Part shown: piece by piece, positions 42,573-53,550 of the stretch | How positions within the stretch are numbered: position 1 is the first letter of the stretch | Layout of the letters: every line of letters starts with the position of its first letter | Assembly: GCA_964605035.1 (NCBI GenBank) | Contig: CAZSBA010000002.1 | Coordinates: 29-64,028 of the forward strand | DNA from: an uncultured Proteiniphilum sp. | GTDB lineage: Bacteria; Bacteroidota; Bacteroidia; Bacteroidales; Dysgonomonadaceae | Reading direction: 5' to 3' | Length of the DNA: 64,000 nt | Position numbers and translations under genes: made by a program | The notes under the pieces: generated by a model | Told to the model about the DNA's origin: nothing | Database searches by the model: none | What the model saw: the letters and a program-made list of their open reading frames with translations, nothing else

Positions 42573-43444
42573 AACTTTCTCCTTTTCTGGAATAGTTGAA
42601 GTAACGATTTCACGTAATCTCCTTCAGTGGATATAGAAACGCTGTCGACACCACTTTGTCTGAAAGCAAAATTTTTATTGTCCTGAAGCTTACTCCACCA
42701 CAAATCATATTGGTTCCTTACCTTCTTAGATGATGTATCTATCCATTTTTCTTCACCAGTCTCAGGATCTTTTATTTTCATAAGTCCAACCGGAACCAGT
42801 TTAGTACTGAGCTCATCATAAACCTGAATTGCTACTACATCATGTTTGTTATTTGCAATTTGCATAGCCTTGCTATAATCAGCCTGATCTATAAAATCAG
42901 ACACCAAAAATGCTGTACACTTCTTCTTAATAGCATTTGTCATATATCTGACAACCATATTCAAATCAGTTCCATTGCTCTCTGGCTCAAATCCTAATAT
43001 CTCGCGAATAATAAACAATATATGCTTTCGTCCTTTTTTAGGAGGAATAAACTTTTCAACCTTATCGCTAAAAAAGATTACTCCAATTTTATCATTATTT
43101 TGGATAGCAGAAAAAGCTAGAGTTGCCGCTATTTCAGCTACCATATCACGTTTCAATACAGATTTAGATCCAAACCCAAGGCTCTCCGACACGTCTATCA
43201 AGAGCATAACGGTTAGTTCACGCTCTTCTTCAAAAACTTTAATGAAGGGCTTATTATACCGAGCTGTAACGTTCCAGTCGATATCCCTCATATCATCCCC
43301 ATATTGATATTCCCTAACCTCTGAAAAAGCCATACCTCTACCTTTAAACGCAGAGTGATACTCTCCGGCAAATATATTCCGTGAAAGTCCTCTCGTTTTA
43401 ATCTCGATATGTCGTACTTTTTTTAATAGATCAGTAGACTCCAT
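42569..43444 (-). CDS. DUF58 domain protein
   Basis: Motifs YHSAFKGRGMAFSEVREYQYGDD and FEEERELTVMLLIDVS. Confidence 0.92.
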   Translation of the reverse strand: MESTDLLKKVRHIEIKTRGLSRNIFAGEYHSAFKGRGMAFSEVREYQYGDDMRDIDWNVTARYNKPFIKVFEEERELTVMLLIDVSESLGFGSKSVLKRDMVAEIAATLAFSAIQNNDKIGVIFFSDKVEKFIPPKKGRKHILFIIREILGFEPESNGTDLNMVVRYMTNAIKKKCTAFLVSDFIDQADYSKAMQIANNKHDVVAIQVYDELSTKLVPVGLMKIKDPETGEEKWIDTSSKKVRNQYDLWWSKLQDNKNFAFRQSGVDSVSISTEGDYVKSLLQLFQKRRKF

Positions 43445-43458
43445 TAACCTCGGTCTTT

Positions 43459-44454
43459 TTATGGTACTTCAACTTTATTAAGTATTTCGCTGATAATTTC
43501 TTCTGAGGTGAGATTGTTTGCCTCAGCCTCATAAGTCAGTCCAATACGGTGACGAAGCACATCGTGACACACAGCTCTAATATCTTCCGGAATCACATAC
43601 CCCCTACGTTTAATGAATGCAAATGCTCGGGCTGCAAGTGCTAGATTAATAGAGGCACGAGGTGATGCTCCAAACTCAATCATATCTTTTAGTCCATCCA
43701 TACCATATTGATCTGGGAATCTAGTAGCAAAAACAATATCTACAATATATCTGCTAATCTTTTCATCAATATATACTTCACGAACAACCTTGCGGGCTTC
43801 TAAAATCTCCTGTGTTGTTATAACAGCACTGTCAACTGCAACGGGTTCAAATATATTTTGATTAATGATTTTTTTCTCCTCCTCTTTCGTTGGGTATGAG
43901 ATTATCACTTTTAGCATAAAACGGTCTACCTGAGCCTCTGGCAAAGGATATGTACCCTCTTGCTCTATTGGGTTCTGAGTAGCCATAACAAGAAAAGGCT
44001 CTGGCAGTTTATATGTCTTTTCGCCAATTGTAACATTTCTCTCCTGCATTGCTTCTAACAAAGCACTCTGCACTTTTGCTGGTGCACGGTTTATTTCATC
44101 TGCGAGCAAGAAATTTGCGAATACCGGACCGTGTTTAACTACGAACTCCTCGTTACGTTGGCTATATATCATTGTGCCTACAACATCAGCAGGCAAAAGA
44201 TCAGGTGTAAACTGTATGCGGCTATATTTTGAATCAACAAGCTGAGCCAGTGTTTTAATGGCTAGAGTTTTTGCTAAGCCCGGCACACCTTCAAGTAAAA
44301 TATGTCCATCAGATAGCAATCCAATAAGCAATGATTCAACTAAATGTTTTTGTCCTACTATTACCTTGTTCATACCTGTTACCAGTGTTTGAACAAAGGC
44401 ACTTTTCTGTTCGATTCTCTCGTTTAACTCTTTAATATCGGCAACTTGACTCAT
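43459..44454 (-). CDS. moxR: MoxR family AAA+ ATPase
   Basis: Motifs GVPGLAKT, RIQFTPDLLPAD, DEINRAPAKVQSALLEAM and ASPRA. Confidence 0.94.
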   Translation of the reverse strand: MSQVADIKELNERIEQKSAFVQTLVTGMNKVIVGQKHLVESLLIGLLSDGHILLEGVPGLAKTLAIKTLAQLVDSKYSRIQFTPDLLPADVVGTMIYSQRNEEFVVKHGPVFANFLLADEINRAPAKVQSALLEAMQERNVTIGEKTYKLPEPFLVMATQNPIEQEGTYPLPEAQVDRFMLKVIISYPTKEEEKKIINQNIFEPVAVDSAVITTQEILEARKVVREVYIDEKISRYIVDIVFATRFPDQYGMDGLKDMIEFGASPRASINLALAARAFAFIKRRGYVIPEDIRAVCHDVLRHRIGLTYEAEANNLTSEEIISEILNKVEVP

Positions 44455-44543
44455 ATGCAAACTGTTAAATTGTATGGTTGTTTCTGGGAATACAAATTTA
44501 AGAATGTTAAATTGGTTTCATAGTGTTTTGTGGTTAAAAATAA

Positions 44544-45299
44544 TTAAGGTTCAACCCACTTCAATCCAAATACATTTTGAAACGCATCCCTCATTGTATT
44601 AGAGACTTCTTTAAAGTCCACTTTTCTATTTAGCTCCTTTTCCATTGAAGTAACACCACGATCTGTAAAACCGCACGGATTGATATAATCAAAATAAGAA
44701 AGGTTAGTATTAACATTAAGAGCAAGACCATGCATGGTTATGTAACGGCTTGCTTTAACGCCAATTGCGCATATTTTTCTTGCTTTTATATTATTACTGG
44801 CATCTATCCACACACCCATAGCCTTTCCATCTTTTTCTCCTTTAATCCCAAAATGCTTCAAGGTTTCAATAACTACATCCTCTAACATAGAAATATAGCT
44901 TTTAATACCAATATTAAACTCTTCTAAGTCAATAATTGGATAAACAACTAATTGCCCAGGCCCGTGGTAAGTTATATCCCCTCCTCTGTCTATCTCATGA
45001 ATATCAATACCTCTGCTCTCACATATATTTCTTGCAATTAAAAGATTCTGCTTATTTCCACTTTTACCAAGTGTATAAACGTTGTCATGTTCACAAAAAA
45101 GGAGATACTGTTTTGCTAAAACAGTATCTCTTACCTCGTTGTTTTCTCTTGTGTAAGAAATTTGCGATAATTCAAATCTGCGTTTCTCAGATTTTGATGC
45201 TTTTGCTTTGATTAATCTTTGAAAGATTTCTTCCTGATAATCCCATGCTTTTTTATAACGAATCTTTCCTAAATCTTCAAAAACAACTAACTTACTCAT
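44544..45299 (-). CDS. lipB: Octanoyltransferase LipB
   Basis: Motifs CEHDNVYTLGKSG, RGGDITYHGPGQ, KICAIG and HGLALN. Confidence 0.95.
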   Translation of the reverse strand: MSKLVVFEDLGKIRYKKAWDYQEEIFQRLIKAKASKSEKRRFELSQISYTRENNEVRDTVLAKQYLLFCEHDNVYTLGKSGNKQNLLIARNICESRGIDIHEIDRGGDITYHGPGQLVVYPIIDLEEFNIGIKSYISMLEDVVIETLKHFGIKGEKDGKAMGVWIDASNNIKARKICAIGVKASRYITMHGLALNVNTNLSYFDYINPCGFTDRGVTSMEKELNRKVDFKEVSNTMRDAFQNVFGLKWVEP

Positions 45300-45343
45300 A
45301 CATTTTTATTCTTCCTTTTTTATTTTCCTCCAATCTATACAAA

Positions 45344-46207
45344 TTAGATATGTCTCTCTGCTCTGTATGAGGAACGAACAAGTGGTCCGCTTTCTACAAA
45401 CTGAAAGCCTTTCTCTAGACCAACCTCCTTATATCTCAAAAATTCCTCGGGTGTAACATACTTCTTAACGGTAAGATGCTTTTTAGTAGGTTGTAGATAT
45501 TGACCAATAGTAAGCACTTTACATCCAACATTAATCAAATCGTCCATAGTCTCAAACAGCTCCTCTTCTGTTTCTCCAAGACCCAACATAACACCCGATT
45601 TTGGCTTTGCCTTTCCACTTTTTGCAATTGTCTCAATGGTCTTAAGGCTGATATCATATTTAGCGCGACTACGCACTTTTGGAGTTAATCTCCTCACTGT
45701 CTCCATATTGTGAGACACAATATTTGGGCCCGAGTCGATAACTATATTGATAAGATCCTCAATCCCATTAAAATCAGGAATTAAGGTTTCTAGTGTCACC
45801 TTAGGATTTACCTCCTTCACGCGTCTTACGGTTGTAGCCCAAAACTCTGCTCCACCATCCGGCAAATCATCTCTGTCAACGCTGGTAAGTACCACATGTC
45901 TCAAATTCATACTTTTAATACTCTCTGACAAGCGATCTGGCTCATCCCAATCGATAATACCTTGTGGACTACCTGTCTTTACATTACAAAATCTACAAGC
46001 ACGTGTGCATATATCGCCTAAAATCATAAATGTTGCAGTACCTCTACCCCAGCACTCCGCCATATTAGGGCATTTGCCGCTTACACATATTGTATGTAGT
46101 TTTTTTCGAGCAATTACTTCTCTAACGTTTAGGTACTCCTTCCCTTGAGGGAGAGATATTTTGAGCCACTCTGGCTTTCTTTGCGTTAATTCTGGTTTTA
46201 ATTCCAT
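45344..46207 (-). CDS. lipA: Lipoyl synthase LipA
   Basis: C-x4-C-x5-C (CVSGKCPNMAEC) and CxxxCxxC (CTRACRFC) motifs; RSSY end. Confidence 0.97.
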   Translation of the reverse strand: MELKPELTQRKPEWLKISLPQGKEYLNVREVIARKKLHTICVSGKCPNMAECWGRGTATFMILGDICTRACRFCNVKTGSPQGIIDWDEPDRLSESIKSMNLRHVVLTSVDRDDLPDGGAEFWATTVRRVKEVNPKVTLETLIPDFNGIEDLINIVIDSGPNIVSHNMETVRRLTPKVRSRAKYDISLKTIETIAKSGKAKPKSGVMLGLGETEEELFETMDDLINVGCKVLTIGQYLQPTKKHLTVKKYVTPEEFLRYKEVGLEKGFQFVESGPLVRSSYRAERHI

Positions 46208-46375
46208 AATATAATAGTTGATGTGATTTTTTTGTATAAACATCGCAAAAATACAGATTAATTCCATTTATTACTAATTAAAGGTTACTCATTGCATTTT
46301 TTAAATACTTACTATTCCTTTTGTAACACCAAAAACTTTATCTTTGCCATTTAAAGTGAAGACAAACAGAACAAA

Positions 46376-47506
46376 TTGAATTTTAAATTAATACATACAG
46401 ACCCAAAGTCTAACGCTAGAGCGGGAGTAATTACTACCGATCATGGAGATGTGGAGACTCCCATATTTATGCCTGTTGGCACAGTTGGAAGCGTTAAGGC
46501 AGTACATATAAGCGAACTGAAAGAGGATATTGAAGCTCAAATAATTTTGGGTAATACCTATCACTTATACTTAAGGCCAGGGCTCGAAGTTTTAAAAGGA
46601 GCCGGTGGATTGCATAAGTTCAACAGTTGGAATAAACCAATGCTCACCGATAGTGGAGGTTTTCAGGTATTCTCACTCACTGAAAACAGAAAGTTAAGTG
46701 AAGAAGGAGCTGAGTTCCGTTCGCATATCGATGGCTCTAAACATTTCTTCTCTCCAGAAAAAGCAATTGATATACAACGCATAATAGGAGCTGATATTAT
46801 AATGGCTTTTGATGAATGCACTCCGGGTGATGCAGATTATGCTTACGCCAAAAGATCACTCGACCTTACTGAAAGATGGCTAAACAGATGTATTACTAGA
46901 TTTAATGAAACCGAATGCCCCTATGGACATTCGCAATCTCTTTTCCCAATTGTGCAAGGTTGCGTTTACCCCGACTTACGAAAACGTGCTGCAGAAAACA
47001 TAGCTTCACTAGAAGCAGATGGAAATGCTATTGGTGGTCTTGCAGTAGGCGAGCCAACAGAGAAAATGTACGAAATGGTTGAGTTGGTAAATGAGATATT
47101 ACCTAAAGACAAACCACGCTACCTAATGGGTGTGGGCAAACCAGAAAATATACTTGAAGCGATTGAAAGAGGTGTTGATATGTTTGACTGTATAATGCCT
47201 ACAAGAAACGGTCGTAATGGGCAGATCTTTACCAAACAAGGTGTCATGAATATGCGAAATGAACGTTGGAAGAACGACTTCTCACCAATTGAGGAAGATG
47301 GAGCTTCGTTTGTAGACACATTATACAGCAAGGCATATTTGCGTCATCTTATTATCAGCAACGAAATACTTGGATTACAAATAGCCTCTATTCACAATCT
47401 TGCTTTCTACATATGGCTGATAAAGGAAGCAAGAAAACAAATAGTTGCAGGAAATTTTACTGATTGGAAACCAAAGATTCTTGAAAATGTAACAAGAAGG
47501 TTATGA
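46376..47506 (+). CDS. tgt: tRNA-guanine transglycosylase
   Basis: Motifs TPIFMPVGT, NTYHL, TDSGGFQV and YLMGVG; TTG start. Confidence 0.96.
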   Translation: MNFKLIHTDPKSNARAGVITTDHGDVETPIFMPVGTVGSVKAVHISELKEDIEAQIILGNTYHLYLRPGLEVLKGAGGLHKFNSWNKPMLTDSGGFQVFSLTENRKLSEEGAEFRSHIDGSKHFFSPEKAIDIQRIIGADIIMAFDECTPGDADYAYAKRSLDLTERWLNRCITRFNETECPYGHSQSLFPIVQGCVYPDLRKRAAENIASLEADGNAIGGLAVGEPTEKMYEMVELVNEILPKDKPRYLMGVGKPENILEAIERGVDMFDCIMPTRNGRNGQIFTKQGVMNMRNERWKNDFSPIEEDGASFVDTLYSKAYLRHLIISNEILGLQIASIHNLAFYIWLIKEARKQIVAGNFTDWKPKILENVTRRL

Positions 47507-48591
47507 ATGAATATATTAAACGATTAGACTGGTATATCATAAAGAAGTTTCTGGGAACATATGTTTTCATGATTGTACTAATTATCTCAATTGCTGTGGT
47601 TTTCGACATCAATGAGAAGATCGATAAGTTCATAACCAACAATGCTTCACTAGAAGGGATTATATTTGACTATTATCTCAATTTTATTCCATACTATACC
47701 AATCTTTTTAGTCCTCTATTTGTATTTCTGGCTGTTATATATTTCACTTCAAAAATGGCAAACAACTCCGAGATTATTGCCATCTTATCAACCGGTATAA
47801 GCTTCAGGAGAATTCTCAAACCATACATGATATCTGCATTTATTATTGCTATATTTACTTTTGTGTTTGGAAGTTTTATTATTCCCGAGGCAAATGCTAC
47901 ACGTATTGAGTTTGAGCACACATTTGTGGACCCAAGAAAGAAAAAAACAGGTGACCGTGACATCCAATTTAAAGTAGGACAGGGTACAATTGTATATTTT
48001 GGTAATTTTGATTTGGCGAGCAATACTGGATATAACTTTTCATTAGACCATTTCGATAGTCTCAACTTAAATTCCAGATTAACGGCCCAGTCAATTAAAT
48101 ACGATTCTGCTTATAATTGGACAATAAGAAATTATCAAGTTCGAGAGTTTGATGGATTGATTGAAACAATTACAACCGGCAGCTCAATAGATACCATATT
48201 GCAGATAGTACCCAACGATTTTATAATTGCTTCATCAGATCAGCAGATGTTGACCTCTCCCGATCTTAGAAACTACATAAATAGTCAGAAAGAACGAGGA
48301 ATGGGTAATATACAACCTTTTCAAATCGAATATCACTCACGCATAGCCATGGTATTCTCTGCATTTATACTTACAATTATTGGAGCATCAATATCTGCAA
48401 GAAAAGTAAAGGGTGGTATGGGATTGAATATTGGAATAGGACTTGCTTTGAGTATGGCTTATATATTGTTTATGACAGTTAGTTCAACTTTTGCTATAAA
48501 GGGTGGTATGAGCCCCTTCATTGCTGCCTGGATACCCAACATCTTTTTTAGTGGGATAGCGTTTTACTTATTTAAAAGAGCTCCAAATTAA
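47503..48591 (+). CDS. LptF/LptG family LPS export permease
   Basis: Motifs LDWYIIKKFLGT, SEIIAILSTG and RKVKGG...IGIGL; six TM helices. Confidence 0.88.
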   Translation: MNEYIKRLDWYIIKKFLGTYVFMIVLIISIAVVFDINEKIDKFITNNASLEGIIFDYYLNFIPYYTNLFSPLFVFLAVIYFTSKMANNSEIIAILSTGISFRRILKPYMISAFIIAIFTFVFGSFIIPEANATRIEFEHTFVDPRKKKTGDRDIQFKVGQGTIVYFGNFDLASNTGYNFSLDHFDSLNLNSRLTAQSIKYDSAYNWTIRNYQVREFDGLIETITTGSSIDTILQIVPNDFIIASSDQQMLTSPDLRNYINSQKERGMGNIQPFQIEYHSRIAMVFSAFILTIIGASISARKVKGGMGLNIGIGLALSMAYILFMTVSSTFAIKGGMSPFIAAWIPNIFFSGIAFYLFKRAPN

Positions 48592-48592
48592 A

Positions 48593-49414
48593 ATGCAAAA
48601 CATGAAACGTTATATTATATTGATTATTGCACTTTTAAGTGTAGCTATTATTAAGTCACAATCAGAATACCCAACTATAGTAATAGAAACAAACTATGGT
48701 GTAATGAAGGCAATGTTGTATGATGACACACCTGTGCATAGCAACCATTATTTGAAATTGATAAAAGAGGGTTATTTCGATGGAACTCTATTTCATCGGG
48801 TTATAGAAAACTTTATGATTCAGGGAGGTGCCCAGGATTCGCGTAATGCCCCTGCTGGATTTGAAATTGGTAGCGGTAGAAGAGATATGGATCTTATGCC
48901 CGAGATAAGAGAAAGCAGATATCATAAAAAAGGAGCACTTGCAGCTCCAAGGAGAGGTGATGCTGAAAATCCTCAGAAAAAATCTGATGCTTCTCAAATA
49001 TATATAGTGCACGGTCAGATATATAGCGAGGGGCGACTCGACACAATGGAAATGGCAGTGAATGTACCAATCAGAAATGAACTTATTCGCACATACTACT
49101 CTCCAGGTAAACCCCAACTCGATAGCCTTAAAAACATTAACGATAGAACAGGTTTTAATAATCTACTCGACTCATTACTTGGTGTAGTTGATTCGCTATA
49201 CGCAATTGCACCTGGCAAATTTTTATGGCCAGAGGGATTGAAAGAGGATTATAGTACAATAGGCGGAGTGCACCACCTTGATGGTGAGTATACTGTTTTT
49301 GGAGAGGTGTTTGAAGGACTTGATGTGATTGACAAAATTACAGCACTTCCTGTCGACAACAGAAACCGCCCCACTTCAGATGCGAAGATAATAAGGATTT
49401 ATATCGAGAATTGA
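48593..49414 (+). CDS. Cyclophilin-type peptidyl-prolyl cis-trans isomerase
   Basis: Motifs FHRVIENFMIQGG, HKKGALAA and HLDGEYTVFGEV; helical insertion typical of Bacteroidetes. Confidence 0.9.
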   Translation: MQNMKRYIILIIALLSVAIIKSQSEYPTIVIETNYGVMKAMLYDDTPVHSNHYLKLIKEGYFDGTLFHRVIENFMIQGGAQDSRNAPAGFEIGSGRRDMDLMPEIRESRYHKKGALAAPRRGDAENPQKKSDASQIYIVHGQIYSEGRLDTMEMAVNVPIRNELIRTYYSPGKPQLDSLKNINDRTGFNNLLDSLLGVVDSLYAIAPGKFLWPEGLKEDYSTIGGVHHLDGEYTVFGEVFEGLDVIDKITALPVDNRNRPTSDAKIIRIYIEN

Positions 49415-49417
49415 GAG

Positions 49418-50191
49418 CTACTCAATATTCTTTCTTACTTCTGTGAGGAAACTTTTCATTCCGTCAGAATCCTTATTGTCAATAATCTCTATTAATTCCT
49501 TAAGTTTTTTACGAATTTGCTCAACCTGTTCTGTTGTAAAAGGGTTAAACAGAATCTCAGTTAAAAGGTAGTCATCCTCCGACAAAAGCCCTTGTGCAAT
49601 ATTCATATGTTTTTTAAAAGTAGTTCCAGGTGCATCCTGATGTTTCATTACAGAAGCAAACACAAGTGTTGATGCAAAAGGTATTGACAGTGAGTATGCA
49701 ATAGTCTCGTCGTGATCCCTGAAAGTATACTCAAACACATTCAATTTCAAACTCTTATAAAGATCTCTGAAAAACACCTTACCCATGTGTGAGGACTCAG
49801 ATATAATTATAGCACTCTGTGTACTCAAGTCGCTAAGGCTTGCAAAGGTGGGACCAAACATTGGGTGAGTAGAAACAAATGGTAGCTTGCACTCACTGTA
49901 AAAGACCTCCAATCCTGTCTTTACCGATGCAATATCACTCAAAATGCATGTTTTGGGCAAATACTCCAATACGTTTTTAAATGCTTCTAAAGTATATTTG
50001 AGAGTAGCTGCATTAATCACCAACTCAGGGGCAAAATCCTTTACCTCTGCTGGGTTGGTCATTCTTTGTGTATTATAAATGAAACGTAGCTTTTTGGGGT
50101 CAGTATCCAAAACTGCCACTTCGTGATCAAAACTTAACACATCGGCAAAGAAGGAGCCCATTTTTCCGGCTCCCAAAATCAAGATTTTCAT
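49418..50191 (-). CDS. tyrA: Prephenate dehydrogenase
   Basis: Motifs GAGKMG, DIASVK, STHPMFGP and HDETIA. Confidence 0.9.
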   Translation of the reverse strand: MKILILGAGKMGSFFADVLSFDHEVAVLDTDPKKLRFIYNTQRMTNPAEVKDFAPELVINAATLKYTLEAFKNVLEYLPKTCILSDIASVKTGLEVFYSECKLPFVSTHPMFGPTFASLSDLSTQSAIIISESSHMGKVFFRDLYKSLKLNVFEYTFRDHDETIAYSLSIPFASTLVFASVMKHQDAPGTTFKKHMNIAQGLLSEDDYLLTEILFNPFTTEQVEQIRKKLKELIEIIDNKDSDGMKSFLTEVRKNIE

Positions 50192-50239
50192 TACAAAATT
50201 CCTTTTATCGGTTTAAACTGTTGCTCCTTCGTTATGAAG

Positions 50240-51313
50240 CTACTGTTTTTTCTCCCTATCCATAATTACCATCTGTTGGCGAACAGATTCTGAGTGGATT
50301 GCTTCGAGTATCTGCTTTACAAAGTTGCCAGACATTTCCATTCTTTCACCCTGATATGCCCTATCTGTAAGTATTTCATCATACCTCTTAGTTTGCAATA
50401 TAGGCATGTCATGCTCAAGCTTATAATGTCCTATCTCACGTGATACACGCATACGCTTAGCTAGTAATTGAAGAAGCTCATTATCCAAATCATCAATTTG
50501 ATCTCGTAAAACAGAGAGATCTTCGGTTGTTTGAATTGTATCTCTAATTATTAATTTATCAAGTATATCCTTAAGTGCAGCAGGAGTAATCTGCTGATCT
50601 TTATCGCTCCATGCTTCATCAGGTGAACAGTGTGTTTCTACAATAACACCACTAAAGTTTAGATCCATCGCCTGCTGACTCAGCTTATGAATCATATTAC
50701 GACTACCACCAATATGACTGGGGTCGCATATTATTGGCAAGTTCGGAAAACGACGCTTCAACTCAATTGGGATATGCCATTGAGGTAAATTTCTATATAC
50801 AGTTTTATCGGTTGTACTAAACCCTCGGTGAATAACGCCAAGCTTTTTTATACCGGCATTATAAAGTCGCTCTAAAGCTCCTATCCAAAGCTCAAGGTCT
50901 GGATTAACTGGATTTTTAATTAAAATAGGAATATCAACTCCTCTCAAGGTATCTGCAATCTCCTGCACTGCAAATGGGTTGGCAGCTGTACGTGCTCCAA
51001 TCCAAAGCATATCGATTCCATATTTCAGTGATTCATATACATGCTTTTCTGTTGCAACCTCTGTAGCCATATACATACCTGTCTCCTTCTCGGCCTCCAT
51101 CATCCACTTCAATGCAGGGCTACCTATTCCTTCAAAACCACCCGGTTTTGTTCTTGGCTTCCATACTCCGGCTCTAAATATCTTTACGCCTGTTGCTGCT
51201 ACCTCTCTTGCGGTATTCATAACCTGTTCCTCGGTCTCGGCGCTACATGGGCCAGCAATTACCAATGGCCTTTTAGCATCTATTCCTGGTAGTAAAATCG
51301 ATTCGAATTCCAT
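50240..51313 (-). CDS. Bifunctional DAHP synthase (type I-beta) / chorismate mutase
   Basis: Motifs IAGPCSAET, WKPRT, IGART and DPSH; C-terminal AroQ domain (LRDQIDDLD...KR). Confidence 0.92.
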   Translation of the reverse strand: MEFESILLPGIDAKRPLVIAGPCSAETEEQVMNTAREVAATGVKIFRAGVWKPRTKPGGFEGIGSPALKWMMEAEKETGMYMATEVATEKHVYESLKYGIDMLWIGARTAANPFAVQEIADTLRGVDIPILIKNPVNPDLELWIGALERLYNAGIKKLGVIHRGFSTTDKTVYRNLPQWHIPIELKRRFPNLPIICDPSHIGGSRNMIHKLSQQAMDLNFSGVIVETHCSPDEAWSDKDQQITPAALKDILDKLIIRDTIQTTEDLSVLRDQIDDLDNELLQLLAKRMRVSREIGHYKLEHDMPILQTKRYDEILTDRAYQGERMEMSGNFVKQILEAIHSESVRQQMVIMDREKKQ

Positions 51314-51317
51314 ATTT

Positions 51318-52493
51318 TTAGTTTTTTGTTATATATTTCTTAATTCTCTTATGTGCTTCTTGCAGTTTATCTGCCGATGAACCCAACGAAATGCGTACGA
51401 AACCTTCTCCATTACTTCCAAATATAAATCCGGGAGTAATAAACACTTTTGCTTCGTATAATATATCATTTATAAACTCGTCACTTCCCTTTGCACCTTC
51501 TGGAAGTTTACCCCACACAAATAGTCCTGTTTGTGTTTTATCGTATCTGCAACTAAGCAAATCCATTATTTTCTCTGCCCATATTCTGCGTTCTCCATAA
51601 ATATTATTCATATTAGCATGCCACTCGTTGGAATTATTAAGAGCTGCAACTGTTGCTAATTGCAGGGGTTTAAACTGACCACTATCTATATTACTCTTTG
51701 CTTTTAATACCCACTTTACGAATTGCGGATTAGAGACTAATACACCCATACGCCAGCCCGACATATTGTGCGATTTGCTTAATGAGTTTAGTTCTATACA
51801 TATATCTTTAGCTCCCGGCACCGACATGATACTCATTGGCTTATCGTTTAAAATAAAACTGTAAGGGTTATCGTGACAGATAATAATATCATGTTTTTTT
51901 CCAAATGCTACTAGCCTCTCAAAAAGCTCATAGCTAGCATTACCTCCGGTAGGCATATTTGGGTAATTAACCCACATTAATTTAACGCCCGAAAGATCCA
52001 TTTTCTCAAGTGCCTCAAAATCTGGATGCCAATTGCTACTCTCAACCAAATCGTATTCAATTATATTGGCTCTCAATAAATTAGAAACAGATTTATATGT
52101 TGGATAACCCGGATTTGGAACAAGTACACTATCACCAATATTCAAAAATGTCATTGATATATGCAAAATTCCCTCTTTTGATCCTATCAAAGGCAACACC
52201 TCAGAAGAGGTTAAATCTACATTATAAAATCTTTTATACCATTCACTATATGCTTTCCTCAACTCAGGGATACCTGTATAAGGTTGATATGCGTGCACAT
52301 CAGAGCGTTTCACTGTTTCACAAAGAGTTTCAATTGTTTCATCTGAAGGCATTCGGTCGGGTGCACCCACAGCAAGGCTAATAACGTCTTTACCTTCTGC
52401 ATTCATTTGGGCTACTTCTGCTAACTTAACAGAGAAGTAATATTCAGTTATAGTTTTTATATGTTCTGCTGGTTGTATATTCATATTGCTCAT
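51318..52493 (-). CDS. PLP-dependent class I/II aminotransferase (aromatic amino acid operon)
   Basis: Motifs GSKEG, NYPNMPTG, HDNPY and SLSKSHNMSGWR. Confidence 0.9.
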   Translation of the reverse strand: MSNMNIQPAEHIKTITEYYFSVKLAEVAQMNAEGKDVISLAVGAPDRMPSDETIETLCETVKRSDVHAYQPYTGIPELRKAYSEWYKRFYNVDLTSSEVLPLIGSKEGILHISMTFLNIGDSVLVPNPGYPTYKSVSNLLRANIIEYDLVESSNWHPDFEALEKMDLSGVKLMWVNYPNMPTGGNASYELFERLVAFGKKHDIIICHDNPYSFILNDKPMSIMSVPGAKDICIELNSLSKSHNMSGWRMGVLVSNPQFVKWVLKAKSNIDSGQFKPLQLATVAALNNSNEWHANMNNIYGERRIWAEKIMDLLSCRYDKTQTGLFVWGKLPEGAKGSDEFINDILYEAKVFITPGFIFGSNGEGFVRISLGSSADKLQEAHKRIKKYITKN

Positions 52494-52512
52494 ATAATTT
52501 TTCAAATTATTA

Positions 52513-53361
52513 CTAATCCTCCTTTTTTCGTTTTTCTTCTCTATATTCACCCAATATTTTAAGTCCTCTTACTAAGGGAATTATAGCATCAACAGATTGT
52601 TTATAGCGACTGTATTTATCAAATGTAAGATCAATGTAGAACTGGTATTCCCACTCTCTTCCAATTATGGGAAGCGACTGAATCCTTGTAAGGTTCACAT
52701 CATAAAATGACAACACAGATAACACCTGAGAAAGACTTCCTTCTTTATGTGGCAACACAAATACAAGCGACGATTTGTTTATATTGTTTTCTTTCTGTAC
52801 CTCTTTAAGCATGTTGCCATGAGCAAGAATAAGAAATCGAGTGAAGTTTCTTTTATTTGTCTCTATTCCTTCAGCAATAACATCCAAGCCATACATCTTA
52901 GCGGCAAGAGAACTACAAATAGCAGCAAAACCTTTCATCTTATTTTCACTTATATCTCTTGCTGCCAAAGCTGTATCTTCATGCTCCACAACCTTTACAC
53001 CAGGCAACGTATCAATAAAATCTTCGCACTGCATTAAAGCCATTGGATGCGACATTATCTCTTTCACCTCATCTATTGTAGTTCCTGGCAATGCAGCTAG
53101 TGAATGAGATATTCTTAATTTGTGCTCTCCTGCAATCTGCAAATTATTCAATTTCAGCAAATCGTGATTTGGTAATAGTCCTCCTGCTATTGTATTTTCT
53201 ATAGCCATTACACCTACTAGCAAAGGGTCATTGGATGCCTCAACAAAGATATCGCGGAAAGTAGCACATGGTACTATCTCTAATTCTTCATCACTAAAAT
53301 ACTCACGTGCTGCCAGTTCGTGATATGCACCCGCTCCCCCCTGTATAGCTACTCTTTTCAT
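52513..53361 (-). CDS. pheA: Prephenate dehydratase with ACT domain
   Basis: Motifs AIENTIAG, SHPMALMQC, NFTRF and IQSLP. Confidence 0.92.
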   Translation of the reverse strand: MKRVAIQGGAGAYHELAAREYFSDEELEIVPCATFRDIFVEASNDPLLVGVMAIENTIAGGLLPNHDLLKLNNLQIAGEHKLRISHSLAALPGTTIDEVKEIMSHPMALMQCEDFIDTLPGVKVVEHEDTALAARDISENKMKGFAAICSSLAAKMYGLDVIAEGIETNKRNFTRFLILAHGNMLKEVQKENNINKSSLVFVLPHKEGSLSQVLSVLSFYDVNLTRIQSLPIIGREWEYQFYIDLTFDKYSRYKQSVDAIIPLVRGLKILGEYREEKRKKED

Positions 53362-53382
53362 ACTTAGTTGCAATTTTTTTTC

Positions 53383-53414
53383 AAAAAAAAATCCCGTCGT
53401 TAGATCGACAGGAC
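53383..53414 (-). terminator. Attenuator terminator upstream of pheA
   Basis: Minus strand UCCUGUCG-AUCUAA-CGACGGGA followed by nine U. Confidence 0.88.
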
Positions 53415-53468
53415 TTTATTTCAGTTTGATATGTTTTTATCTTAATCTTTGCATATAAAATCCTGCCT

Positions 53469-53525
53469 CTACCTACTAAAGTAAAAGTAAAAACCGAAAT
53501 ATGATGCAAAAGATGAATTGTACAC
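53469..53525 (-). CDS. Phe/Tyr leader peptide MYNSSFASYFGFYFYFSR (18 aa)
   Basis: GTG start preceded by an A-rich tract; 5 Phe and 4 Tyr codons; TAG stop directly before the antiterminator arm. Confidence 0.8.
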   Translation of the reverse strand: MYNSSFASYFGFYFYFSR

Positions 53526-53550
53526 TTATATATTTTTTATATTATGGATG